57,071 bases of DNA from IMG/VR virus record IMGVR_UViG_3300027963_000090, positions 1 through 57,071 of that record; one strand, 5' to 3'. Below are positions 38,951 through 48,550 of the stretch, in pieces; position 1 is the stretch's first letter, and each line of letters begins with the position of its first letter. The notes beneath the pieces are model-generated. The model saw only the letters and a list, made by a program, of their open reading frames with translations. It had not been told where the DNA came from and did not search any database. The translations under genes were made by a program, and so were the position numbers. The DNA is from a virus. Taxonomy: Duplodnaviria; Caudoviricetes.

Positions 38951-39932
38951 ATACCAAGATATAAAGGATATTCATTTGGAAATCACCAGCAAGTGTCAAG
39001 CCAAATGTCCCATGTGTCCTAGAAGAATCAGTGGAGGACCAATAAATCCATTTATCAAATTGGACGAAATAACTTTAGGTGTATTCAAACAATGGTTTGA
39101 ACCAAACTTCATAAAACAATTGGACAGTTTATTCATGTGTGGTAATTTGGGAGATCCTATCATATCCAAAGACACATTGGAAATATATCAGTACTTGCGT
39201 GAACTAAATCCCAACATTAGATTGGCCATGCACACCAACGGCAGTGCTAGAGATACAGAATGGTGGCAAAGATTGGCTCAATTGAAAGTAAAAGTGACAT
39301 TTGGCATTGATGGTTTAGCAGATACCCATCATCTTTATAGGATCAGCACAGATTTCAATAAAATAATTGAAAATGCTCAAGCATTTATTTCAGCAGGTGG
39401 AGTGGCCAAATGGCACATGTTGGTGTTTGCTCACAATGAACATCAAATTGAACAGTGTAGAACAATGTCCAAAGACATGGGCTTTGTGGATTTTTCAATC
39501 AAACACACTTCTAGATTCAAGCAGGATTATTTACAAGTGATTGATGACTTGGGTAGACCCACACACAGAATCAAACCCACTCAAACCAGTTTGGATATGA
39601 TTCCGTTGTCTGAAGCAGCACAAAAAGAAGTCAAACCACACATTGTTTGTAAAGCACAGAAATATAAACAGTTGTATGTGAGTGCTTGTGGTAATGTGTC
39701 ACCTTGTTGTTGGTTGGATATGGAATGGATACCACCCATGCAAGAATCCAGAGTAGATTATATGGAAAAAATTTCAGAATTTCCCAATCTTCATCGCGAA
39801 ACATTGAAAGAAATATTTGATAATGGATTTTTTTCAAAAATAGAAACACAATGGAGCACAGTGGGATTGAAAGAATGCACCAAACAATGTGGGTCATTTG
39901 ATAAACTAGGAGCACAATTTGTTGAAAATTAA
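38943..39932 (+). CDS. radical SAM/SPASM-twitch enzyme
   Basis: CQAKCPMC, CGNLGDP, HTNG, FGIDG; C-terminal C...YVSACGNVSPCC...C...C. Confidence 0.88.
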   Translation: MYRYQDIKDIHLEITSKCQAKCPMCPRRISGGPINPFIKLDEITLGVFKQWFEPNFIKQLDSLFMCGNLGDPIISKDTLEIYQYLRELNPNIRLAMHTNGSARDTEWWQRLAQLKVKVTFGIDGLADTHHLYRISTDFNKIIENAQAFISAGGVAKWHMLVFAHNEHQIEQCRTMSKDMGFVDFSIKHTSRFKQDYLQVIDDLGRPTHRIKPTQTSLDMIPLSEAAQKEVKPHIVCKAQKYKQLYVSACGNVSPCCWLDMEWIPPMQESRVDYMEKISEFPNLHRETLKEIFDNGFFSKIETQWSTVGLKECTKQCGSFDKLGAQFVEN

Positions 39933-40530
39933 TATACAAGACGTTTTATTTTGGATGGATGCTATCAGACAATCTGATGACAGATATCGTACATTGGAAA
40001 GTTTCTGGAAAGGTCAAATCAACAGCAAAGTATGGTTGATTGAACAATTAAAAAAATTACCCAGAGCACACAGCATGGATATTTTAATTTGTGGTGGATG
40101 GTATGGAGTGATGGCCACACTTTTATTCAACAGTGATCTGTATGTGAATAAAATAACCAGCATGGACATAGACAGCAAGTGTGAAAACACAGCAAATACC
40201 ATGAACAAACAGTATGAAATGTCTGGTAGATTCCGTGCTGTTACTCAAGACATGCTCACTTATAAAGATTACAATCGTTATGACATGATTATCAACACAG
40301 TGTGTGAGCATTTGACAACAGAACAGTACAATGAATGGTTAAATTTAATACCCAAAGACAAAATTATTGTGTTGCAAAGCAATGACTATGTGATTCCTGA
40401 ACATGTAAACCCCATGAAGGATTTAAATCAGTTTGTAAACCATAGCAAATTGTATCCTATTGTGGAACCTAGTGAATTACAAACAGAAAAATACAAAAGA
40501 TTTATGATTGTAGGTAAAAACAATGAATAA
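39919..40530 (+). CDS. class I SAM-dependent methyltransferase-like protein
   Basis: DILICGGWYG motif I, SMDID, IINTVCEH; TTG start after AGGAG. Confidence 0.7.
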   Translation: MLKINIQDVLFWMDAIRQSDDRYRTLESFWKGQINSKVWLIEQLKKLPRAHSMDILICGGWYGVMATLLFNSDLYVNKITSMDIDSKCENTANTMNKQYEMSGRFRAVTQDMLTYKDYNRYDMIINTVCEHLTTEQYNEWLNLIPKDKIIVLQSNDYVIPEHVNPMKDLNQFVNHSKLYPIVEPSELQTEKYKRFMIVGKNNE

Positions 40531-41191
40531 TGAACAAATAACCAAACAAGTATTGGAAAAATTTAAAAAAAAACAAATAGGTTGGTTGCAACTAGATATT
40601 TCTTTTGAAAATTACATTGATCATCAAGAAGTATCTGCTGTGAATGATTTTTACGTGGATCATAGAGAAGGAGAAAACCACAAAGGATGGCAAAGTTGTT
40701 GTGTGTATGGGTTAGGCATTACTAAAACCCAAGTGGCACAACATTATGGACACACGAATGAATTAAATGCTCCTTATCATTGGACTGCATTGACACAATT
40801 GGCTCCAAAAGCCACTGAATTTTGGAAAAATTTTCCTGCAGAAAAATATACTAGAGTTAGATTTATGAAATTAGCACCTAATGGATATGTGGGATTGCAC
40901 AATGATGCTCCCAGCAATATGCCACCTGATATTGATTTATTAAATTATTTATTACCCATTAATTTAAGCATTACTCACCCCAAAGATTGTGTTATGGAAA
41001 TAGAAAATCACGGCATAGTGCCTTGGAAACCAGGCAGTGTATTTTTAATCAATATACTGAATAACCACACAGTAAAAAACAACAGCACAGAAGATAGAAT
41101 ACACATGATTGCTCAAGCACACGTGGGCAATCAACGTGAAAAATTCTGTGAATTAATTGCTAAAAGTGCTATAAAAAATGATATTCTTTAG
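40523..41191 (+). CDS. 2OG-Fe(II) oxygenase, Asp/Asn beta-hydroxylase-like
   Basis: VRFMKLAPNG.VGLHND...NNHTVKNNSTEDRIHMI (HxD...H...R). Confidence 0.8.
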   Translation: MNNEQITKQVLEKFKKKQIGWLQLDISFENYIDHQEVSAVNDFYVDHREGENHKGWQSCCVYGLGITKTQVAQHYGHTNELNAPYHWTALTQLAPKATEFWKNFPAEKYTRVRFMKLAPNGYVGLHNDAPSNMPPDIDLLNYLLPINLSITHPKDCVMEIENHGIVPWKPGSVFLINILNNHTVKNNSTEDRIHMIAQAHVGNQREKFCELIAKSAIKNDIL

Positions 41192-42530
41192 TGGATTAAA
41201 CAAAAGATCTGATATAGTTTTTGTATGTGTGGACAACACACATTTGATTAAAAATAATGATCATAAAGAAATTATAAAAAATATTGCTGATTACAGTATC
41301 AGTAACATTTGTGTAAAAGGATATGATGTGTTTAATGGATTAGATACAAATAATATATTACCTAGAATAGCAGATCAATACACGCATGCTGTGGTATTTG
41401 ATGCTGATACTGAATTTACAGGATCAAATTTTTTTAAAGAATTAAAAAAATTATGCGTTAAAGATTTCTTTTTGGCTGGACATGTGTTGGATAGAAAAGA
41501 AGGATATTACGAATTACACTCTCAATGTTATGTGATAAATTTAAAAAAATATATTCAATATGGAATGCCACACATAACTCACCCAACACCTAATGTTTCT
41601 CACGAACATATTGAACCTATTAGAAGTGAAGAAAATTATCACGATGATTATACTCCTTTATGGATTAAATCAGGTACTACAAAAAAACAATATCAACATT
41701 TATGGCATGGTAATAATATATTAAGTGTAGGGTTGGAAAACAATGAAACTGTTTTAATATTTGATGCAGCTATTCGTAACAGCAAACAATGTTATTATGC
41801 TCAATATGAGAACGAATTTTTAAAAAACAATCAACACATTTATGAAAAATCTAAATTCTCATCCACTAGATTGTTTTATCCTATTAACACAGAAGAACCA
41901 CAACAGATAAACATTAATGGTCCTATAACACAATTGATTACTCCTGCCAGCGGATTCAACTGGTTGCATTATGTCAACAAATATGGTTATAACAATGATA
42001 CTTTGATTTCTTTTTATGATTATAATCCAAACTCTTTATACTACATGAAAAATATTGTGGAAAATTTTGATGGCACAGATTATTATGCTTTTTTAAAATC
42101 TATAAAATCTAATGACACTAACGATTGGATTAATTCAAAAGAAGAAATTAATCAAAATTTTGAAACAATAAAACATTTATGGCATATGGTTAAAAAAATA
42201 AAATTCAGTTATCATGAGTGTGATTTATTAAATAATTTTAATATACCTGTGATAAATGACCATAACACTATAATGCATTTGAGCAATGTATTTTGTTATG
42301 AACCCACAGCAGCTTTTAATAGTTTTGTTAAAAGAGTCAATGCAGAAAACAACTTGATTAAAATTTTAAAAAATAACAATTCAAAAATTAATCTAATTGT
42401 GTCGGGTCATGCATGGTCTGGATTGGCTGATTACCCCAAATATGTAGGGTATGTGAGCGATTTTGTTGAACAAAGTCTTAATAAATGTTATAAAGCCACA
42501 TGGCATCAAAAAGAAGATTGGGAAATTTAA
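41178..42530 (+). CDS. hypothetical protein (possible nucleotide-sugar transferase-like N-terminus)
   Basis: 450 aa AT-rich ORF; HAVVFDAD and AGHVLDR motifs; no confident family. Confidence 0.55.
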   Translation: MIFFSGLNKRSDIVFVCVDNTHLIKNNDHKEIIKNIADYSISNICVKGYDVFNGLDTNNILPRIADQYTHAVVFDADTEFTGSNFFKELKKLCVKDFFLAGHVLDRKEGYYELHSQCYVINLKKYIQYGMPHITHPTPNVSHEHIEPIRSEENYHDDYTPLWIKSGTTKKQYQHLWHGNNILSVGLENNETVLIFDAAIRNSKQCYYAQYENEFLKNNQHIYEKSKFSSTRLFYPINTEEPQQININGPITQLITPASGFNWLHYVNKYGYNNDTLISFYDYNPNSLYYMKNIVENFDGTDYYAFLKSIKSNDTNDWINSKEEINQNFETIKHLWHMVKKIKFSYHECDLLNNFNIPVINDHNTIMHLSNVFCYEPTAAFNSFVKRVNAENNLIKILKNNNSKINLIVSGHAWSGLADYPKYVGYVSDFVEQSLNKCYKATWHQKEDWEI

Positions 42531-42538
42531 ATACTGTT

Positions 42539-43807
42539 ATGAAAAATAAAAGTTGTACATTCTGCATGCATCCATTCACAGGATTAGCCACTAGAGAAGA
42601 TGGTGCTATTAAGGTGTGTTGTAGAAGTTTACCCATTGGAAACATACAGAATGAGACCATGGAAGAAGCATGGAACAATGAAAAAATGCGTGAAGTAAGA
42701 CATCAGGTGTTGAACAATGAGCGACCTAATGTGTGTGCACCTTGTTTTGATTTGGAAGATCAGGGAGTGCAAAGTTTGCGACAAAGACACATCAGTGACA
42801 ATATTCCAGAATCAAGGATCAATCTTTATCCCACAGCTTTAGATAGTTTAAAAGAAGATTATACCATGCCTTTTGAACTGCCCACTATGGAAATCAAAAT
42901 TAACAACTTGTGTAACCTAAAATGTCGTATGTGTAATCCATTAGACAGCACACAATGGAAAGATTGGAACAGCATTGTGGATCATTACAAGAAAGAAAAC
43001 AATTACTTGGTCAAAGCCGTGGAAGATCTTGGTCTGACACAAGCGCCGCATGTGGATCTTTTCGAAGATAAACCACACTTTTGGGACAATTTAAAAAAAC
43101 TTATTCCTTATTTTAAACGTGTGGAATTTGCTGGTGGTGAACCTTTGATGGATCCCACCCATTACAAAATATTAGATTTATTAAGCACCAATGGATCCAA
43201 CATTGAAATCAAATATGCCACCAATGGCACAGTGTTGGGCATCAAAGGTGGAAGAACCATACAAGAATACTGGCCCAAATTCAAAAGTGTGGCAGTGAAT
43301 GTGAGCATTGACGGAATCTTTGACACTTATGAATATATCCGAAGTAATGGCAAGTTTATGGATGTGGTCAACAACATAAAAATAATGAAACAAATACCCA
43401 CAGTGAGTAGAATAGTGGGAGCATTCACAGTACAAGCCAACAATATCATGCAAATAGATCGTGTGATTGATTACTTTTTAAATGATCTGGGCATTGTGTT
43501 TTACAGTCATAGGGTAAATTATCCCAGAGCGTTGAGTGCTCAAGTGTTGCCTACAAAATTAAAAAATCAAGTGATAGACAAATTGGAAGCAATGAAACCT
43601 CAAATAAAAGATTATGCATTGGTCAAACAACATCCAATATTAGAAAAAATTACTCTGCAACAAATACAGGACAACATTAATTTTTTAAAAGCCAGAGATC
43701 TTAATCAATACTGGATGGATTGTGTGGACTTTAATCGCAAATTGGACATCACAAGAAATCAAGGACCTTTTGAAAAAATAAACCCGGAGTTTGCTGACTA
43801 TGTTTAA
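42539..43807 (+). CDS. radical SAM enzyme with N-terminal SPASM/twitch-like domain (type A)
   Basis: N-terminal FCMHPF...DG.IKVCC...C..C; core CNLKCRMC, FAGGEP, YATNG, SIDG; start likely ATG 42539. Confidence 0.88.
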   Translation: MKNKSCTFCMHPFTGLATREDGAIKVCCRSLPIGNIQNETMEEAWNNEKMREVRHQVLNNERPNVCAPCFDLEDQGVQSLRQRHISDNIPESRINLYPTALDSLKEDYTMPFELPTMEIKINNLCNLKCRMCNPLDSTQWKDWNSIVDHYKKENNYLVKAVEDLGLTQAPHVDLFEDKPHFWDNLKKLIPYFKRVEFAGGEPLMDPTHYKILDLLSTNGSNIEIKYATNGTVLGIKGGRTIQEYWPKFKSVAVNVSIDGIFDTYEYIRSNGKFMDVVNNIKIMKQIPTVSRIVGAFTVQANNIMQIDRVIDYFLNDLGIVFYSHRVNYPRALSAQVLPTKLKNQVIDKLEAMKPQIKDYALVKQHPILEKITLQQIQDNINFLKARDLNQYWMDCVDFNRKLDITRNQGPFEKINPEFADYV

Positions 43808-44696
43808 AGTGGAACACTTATATCCTCATATTAGAAACAGTGTCAAAGTGGAATGGAATCTTGGCAAACGATGCAATTTAGATTGTAGTTATTGTCCAGC
43901 AGAAATACATGACAATCACAGTGAACACACTGATATAGAGATATTGAAACGCACTGTGGACACACTGAGCACAATACCCAATGTGCGAATCAGTTTGACT
44001 GGTGGAGAACCTTGTGTGCATCCAAACATAGAACAGTTATTACAACATGCCAAAAATAAAATCAGTTGGATCAACGTCACCACCAATGGTACCAGAACTG
44101 TGGAATTCTACCAAAATATTTTGGAAAATTATATCAATCATATGGTATTCAGTGTGCATTTTGAATCCGATTGGCAAAGGGTCATAAACACAATTATCAA
44201 GGTTTATACACAGTCTGTCAACAAAAATGTTCTAGTGCATATGATGATGCTACCAGGACGTTTAAAAGACGTTAAAGACGCTTGCAAGGCTCTTTTAGAT
44301 GCGGGCATACGCTATGCACTGAGACCTATACGCTGGACCAAAACACATGATGATTTCGAAGACATGATTCATTACAGTGAGGAAGAAAAAGAATTTTTGG
44401 CAGTGAGCAATCACACACCACCAAAAAATACTCTCATAGACAACACAGTGGAATGCAATGTGAATGATTTGCTGATCAACAAAACCAATAAATTCCAAGG
44501 ATGGAGTTGTATGTCTGGAGTGGAAAGTTTAATGATCAATTGGGATGGTGAAGTTCACCGAGCCACTTGTAGAGTGGGTGGCACTTTGGGTAACATTTAT
44601 CAAGACACTTTTGTACGACCCACAGCGCCTGTTGATTGCACTCGCACATGGTGCACTTGTGCTGCAGATATCAATATTACAAAAATCAAAGTTTAA
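43800..44696 (+). CDS. radical SAM enzyme (type B)
   Basis: WNLGKRCNLDCSYC, TGGEP, TTNG, FSVH; FQGWSC.SG.ESL.I..DG....ATC...C...WCTC. Confidence 0.88.
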   Translation: MFKVEHLYPHIRNSVKVEWNLGKRCNLDCSYCPAEIHDNHSEHTDIEILKRTVDTLSTIPNVRISLTGGEPCVHPNIEQLLQHAKNKISWINVTTNGTRTVEFYQNILENYINHMVFSVHFESDWQRVINTIIKVYTQSVNKNVLVHMMMLPGRLKDVKDACKALLDAGIRYALRPIRWTKTHDDFEDMIHYSEEEKEFLAVSNHTPPKNTLIDNTVECNVNDLLINKTNKFQGWSCMSGVESLMINWDGEVHRATCRVGGTLGNIYQDTFVRPTAPVDCTRTWCTCAADINITKIKV

Positions 44697-45645
44697 ATTT
44701 ATCCAATAAACTTTCAGGTTGACACATACAAGTATTTTTTTTATCGCAAATTTTAGGTTTAATATTAGGATTAAATTTTTTAACAAAATCTTTATCATAG
44801 ATATTGTATTGTTCAAATAATTTTGTTCTACAAGCTGAGGTTATAATACCTGCAGGATCTATCATCATACTGTCAACACCAATATTACACATCCATCCAT
44901 AAAAATCATTCTGTTTATTTAATACAATCCAGTTTCTGTTTACAGATTTAATAGATCCATCTTCAAATTTTACTTTAGGAGATCCTTTCATATGTTTGGA
45001 TTGACGTAACAAAGTCCAGATATTAGGCATGCGTTTGATTGGTTTAGATACAAATGCTTTTTGTTTGTCAGTAAATTTAATAGTTTTGTGCATGACTTCC
45101 GTGGCCACTATAAACCATCTGTAACGACTGGTTTTTAATTTTTCAATTAAATCCAGACATTTCTGCCATGCTGTGGGATCCATCAACATCATCACAGTAG
45201 GACTGCGTCCTTTTTTATGACACATATCAGCCACTTTGATAAAATCTTCCACTTGTACCTGTTGATGATGACAACTTAATAAAATTTTATCAAATACATG
45301 AGCATATTGCTCCCACCATCTTAACGCTCTACTGCCATTACTGCTGATAGAAATATGGGAAGGGATTTGATCACGTATTTTTTCTACAAATTCTCCCAGT
45401 TGTGGCCACAATGTGGGTTCTCCTCCCACTATGTGCAGTTCTAATTTTCGTTTGCCTATGGTTTTGTATCTATCAAACAAATGAACAAAATTTGCCACCA
45501 GTTGTTCCAAGTCATTGGTCCAACGATGTGTGCCTTCGTGTGAACCTTCAAAGCAATACCAGCACTTGTAATTACAGGTGTTACCTATCATAAACTCCAC
45601 ACGTAAAACGTCTTTGGGCTGAGGGTTATAAACTTGTGTTATCAT
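44686..45645 (-). CDS. radical SAM enzyme (type B)
   Basis: CNYKCWYC, VGGEP, SSNG, LSCH; FYGWMCNIG.DS..I...G....AC...C....CMC. Confidence 0.88.
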   Translation of the reverse strand: MITQVYNPQPKDVLRVEFMIGNTCNYKCWYCFEGSHEGTHRWTNDLEQLVANFVHLFDRYKTIGKRKLELHIVGGEPTLWPQLGEFVEKIRDQIPSHISISSNGSRALRWWEQYAHVFDKILLSCHHQQVQVEDFIKVADMCHKKGRSPTVMMLMDPTAWQKCLDLIEKLKTSRYRWFIVATEVMHKTIKFTDKQKAFVSKPIKRMPNIWTLLRQSKHMKGSPKVKFEDGSIKSVNRNWIVLNKQNDFYGWMCNIGVDSMMIDPAGIITSACRTKLFEQYNIYDKDFVKKFNPNIKPKICDKKNTCMCQPESLLDKFKL

Positions 45646-47060
45646 AGTAAATGTTTCAATTCAGGAAAAATTTTAGCAGCACTCAATCCTCTGATAGCAT
45701 CCAATTTATTCACATACTCCTTAAATCCAGGCAGCAGTCTAGAATTATCTTTGGCTTCCATGTGCATCAGTACTGCCTCCCAACGTCTCCATCCATAAGG
45801 ATTTATTTTCCAAAAATCATCGTCCTGTCTATAGTTGTGCCACAACCAATCTTTAAAATCCATAAACAGTTCTCTTATTTGTTGTTTGTCTTCTCGGGGT
45901 AATATTTGTATGCTTAAAAAAGTTGGTATGTATAATAAATGCATGTTAACCAATCCACCACCCATTTGTACTCCACCAGGCACAGTGCCTACGTTTAATT
46001 TTTTAAATCCACTCTGTATTTTCCATTTCATAAAATCAGGCAAGTGTTTGATATTAAAAATTTGTATAGCAGTAGCCAAACTCACTTGTATGTTGTCAGG
46101 AGTATTGTCTAACATGTGTAAATTCTTTTCCACTGTGGCCCATTGTGTGGGAAAACGTATGTATTCATCACGCTGATGTGTGGCATCCATGCTCACAGCA
46201 AATTTAACTTTTTTAAATTTACTCCATAACTTGATTAAATCTTCATCCACTAATATACCATTGGAATTGTAACGTAATAATATACGATCTTGATAACCTT
46301 GTCTTATAATTTCTTCAATAAACACTTTGTGTTCTTTGATCATCAATGGTTCACCGCCAGCAAAATATACTTGTTTTAAATTGGGTATTTGGCGATACAT
46401 TTCCTGCCAGAAAGTATCTTTTTCATGCCAGAAGTTATTAAATTCTTTTTTGTCCCATTGAATCTGGTCTTTAACTTCTTTGTTTTGTAATTGTGGCATC
46501 AGTTGTTGCCAGTCATTCACCCATTTGCTGCTGTCATGTGGAGAACACATCACACATTTGATATTACAAGTGTGTCCTAGACGCAGATCCAAATACAATA
46601 ATTTTTCAGGCACTGTGCCATCTTCTTTGGTTTGACGTATCAGTTCCGGCACATCCACTCCATCTCGATGCCATGTGCCAGTTTCCCATATTCTTTTACT
46701 CACCACTCCCACACGTTCTTCATCAAAACACTTGCGACAACTGGCAGGTATCTCACCTTTCAACATGGTGGTACGCACACTTTTCATGTAATCATTGTTC
46801 CAAGCACTCATAGGAGTATCCACACCAAAGTTGGCAGGTGTGCCATCTTCTTTTTTAATAATACCCACTGTGTGATCAGATCCAGCACCACTGGCGTTGG
46901 CTGAACAACACAATCTCATATCACCGTTGGGTCTGGTGGCAAAATGTATCCAAGGCAATATACAGTAAGTGGGAGTGCCTGTGACAGATTCTATTTCTCT
47001 CTGCCATTTGCCCAATTGTGAATCTTCAGGATTCATCCAATATTCATTATGATCTGTCAT
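45642..47060 (-). CDS. radical SAM enzyme with N-terminal SPASM/twitch-like domain (type A)
   Basis: YCILPW...NGDMRLCC...C..C; core CNIKCVMC, FAGGEP, YNSNG; start reassigned to ATG 47060 (AAGGA SD). Confidence 0.88.
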   Translation of the reverse strand: MTDHNEYWMNPEDSQLGKWQREIESVTGTPTYCILPWIHFATRPNGDMRLCCSANASGAGSDHTVGIIKKEDGTPANFGVDTPMSAWNNDYMKSVRTTMLKGEIPASCRKCFDEERVGVVSKRIWETGTWHRDGVDVPELIRQTKEDGTVPEKLLYLDLRLGHTCNIKCVMCSPHDSSKWVNDWQQLMPQLQNKEVKDQIQWDKKEFNNFWHEKDTFWQEMYRQIPNLKQVYFAGGEPLMIKEHKVFIEEIIRQGYQDRILLRYNSNGILVDEDLIKLWSKFKKVKFAVSMDATHQRDEYIRFPTQWATVEKNLHMLDNTPDNIQVSLATAIQIFNIKHLPDFMKWKIQSGFKKLNVGTVPGGVQMGGGLVNMHLLYIPTFLSIQILPREDKQQIRELFMDFKDWLWHNYRQDDDFWKINPYGWRRWEAVLMHMEAKDNSRLLPGFKEYVNKLDAIRGLSAAKIFPELKHLL

Positions 47061-47679
47061 TGTATTCCTTAAAAATCTTATGTATTTTGTCTGCTGTGTC
47101 AATATTACTTTGTATTCCTGGATGCATGTCATCTGTGGCTTTGTCTAACACAGTTATACCAGTGTTATGGTAATTGTTAACTTTAATAAAATCCAATTTA
47201 TTTTTATCAAATTCTTCTGGAGTAGCTGGATAATGAATGTATTGAATATTTTTATCGCGTAGATATAAATCTGCATGATGTATATTAAACCAACTTTTCA
47301 TAGCATAATCTTTTTCATTTAAATACTCTGCCCATTTGCGTTCTTGATGTGTTTTACCCCATGGTCCTAATCTATTTCTAAAAAAAGGAAATTTGTGTTG
47401 ATTGTTAAACAACATATCTCTAGCATAATGAGTCCACATAATAATCACTTTGTCATCATTTTGAAACTTAAATTTAAGCAAAGTGTATAATATTTCTGTA
47501 TTACTTGAACCAGGAAAACTTTCGTTAATTAATTCACAATTTAATTTTTCAGACAACAGTTTGGGCCATCCTAATTGACTGGGCTTTAAATTATGTATCA
47601 TATCAAAAAGCCAGTTTTTACAGTCAGGTAATCCTGTGCCATATGCGTATGAACAACCAAACACAATTAATCTTGACAT
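47047..47679 (-). CDS. SGNH/GDSL-like hydrolase or acyltransferase
   Basis: IVFGCSYAYG (block I), PGSSN (block II), DDMHPG (DxxH). Confidence 0.65.
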   Translation of the reverse strand: MSRLIVFGCSYAYGTGLPDCKNWLFDMIHNLKPSQLGWPKLLSEKLNCELINESFPGSSNTEILYTLLKFKFQNDDKVIIMWTHYARDMLFNNQHKFPFFRNRLGPWGKTHQERKWAEYLNEKDYAMKSWFNIHHADLYLRDKNIQYIHYPATPEEFDKNKLDFIKVNNYHNTGITVLDKATDDMHPGIQSNIDTADKIHKIFKEYNDRS

Positions 47680-48488
47680 TTATCCACTCCCCATTGTCTT
47701 TCTTGACACCAAAAACACTTGCCACACACAGGTACGGGCGACCCTGGCACATAAGTTCTGTAATCTAAGTCACCAAAGATTTCAGGATATGTGTTTAGAT
47801 CACCTTCACAACTGCGAGTAAGATCAAATAGGTCCATAATGCCTAATCTTTTAAATTGAGCAACTATCCAATCTTTCTGTACATAAGTGAATGGGTGACA
47901 TGCAAAGCCGCCCATGTGTGCTTTGATTAACTTGTCCAACAGAGCATCAGAAACTGTGTCAATAAACACATCTCTATCTGTCAAACGTTGATCAAATTCT
48001 TTATCAGGATTCTTGGTCACTCCACAGTACCAAGCATCTAATTTTTCTGTGTGAGCCACATATTCAGCATGTGCTCTTAATTCTATTTGATTGCCACTTT
48101 TTAATCTGCCATATTCATCCACAATGCTGGGTCCTTTGGATCCCCATTCTAATTCGGGAGCAATAAAATTTTCGTGTCTTTTGAATCTTATATTTTTAAA
48201 TTTATCAGTCAACCAACCATAAACTTCTATGCTGTTATGACGCTGCCAAGGTCTGGTTTTCCAACATCTAATATTGGTAATAATATGAACAGTGATATCC
48301 AATTGATTTTTGGTAATCAGATTGCACAGCAGATAACTCATCAAGGCACTGTCGGCACCACCACTCACACTAACGCCAATATTTTTCCATTTTTGAGACA
48401 ATGGAACATACACTCCATCAATCAGATGTAGAATATTTTTGAAGACACTGGTTTCGTAAACCGTTTTTAACTGTTTGTAATTAGACAT
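47667..48488 (-). CDS. QueC-like PP-loop ATPase
   Basis: VSVSGGADSA PP-loop; C-terminal TRSCE...CGKCFWCQER zinc site as in QueC. Confidence 0.7.
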   Translation of the reverse strand: MSNYKQLKTVYETSVFKNILHLIDGVYVPLSQKWKNIGVSVSGGADSALMSYLLCNLITKNQLDITVHIITNIRCWKTRPWQRHNSIEVYGWLTDKFKNIRFKRHENFIAPELEWGSKGPSIVDEYGRLKSGNQIELRAHAEYVAHTEKLDAWYCGVTKNPDKEFDQRLTDRDVFIDTVSDALLDKLIKAHMGGFACHPFTYVQKDWIVAQFKRLGIMDLFDLTRSCEGDLNTYPEIFGDLDYRTYVPGSPVPVCGKCFWCQERQWGVDKCQD

Positions 48489-48501
48489 AGTATGGACAGA
48501 A

Positions 48502-48545
48502 TATTTATCGTAATTAACTGCTCACATAATTTTTTACGATAAGTA
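48502..48545. promoter_or_regulatory. divergent late promoter cores flanking palindrome copy 3
   Basis: TAAATA on minus (48507-48502), ATTAACT-GCTC-ACATAAT (48513-48530), TAAGTA on plus (48540-48545). Confidence 0.6.
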
Positions 48546-48550
48546 TAGCT

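Noticed and set aside
37949-48488. Complete 7-deazaguanine DNA modification pathway
   Set aside because: Only a QueC-like gene; the radical SAM enzymes carry extra Cys domains unlike QueE; no FolE, QueD or DpdA here, though they could lie outside the window
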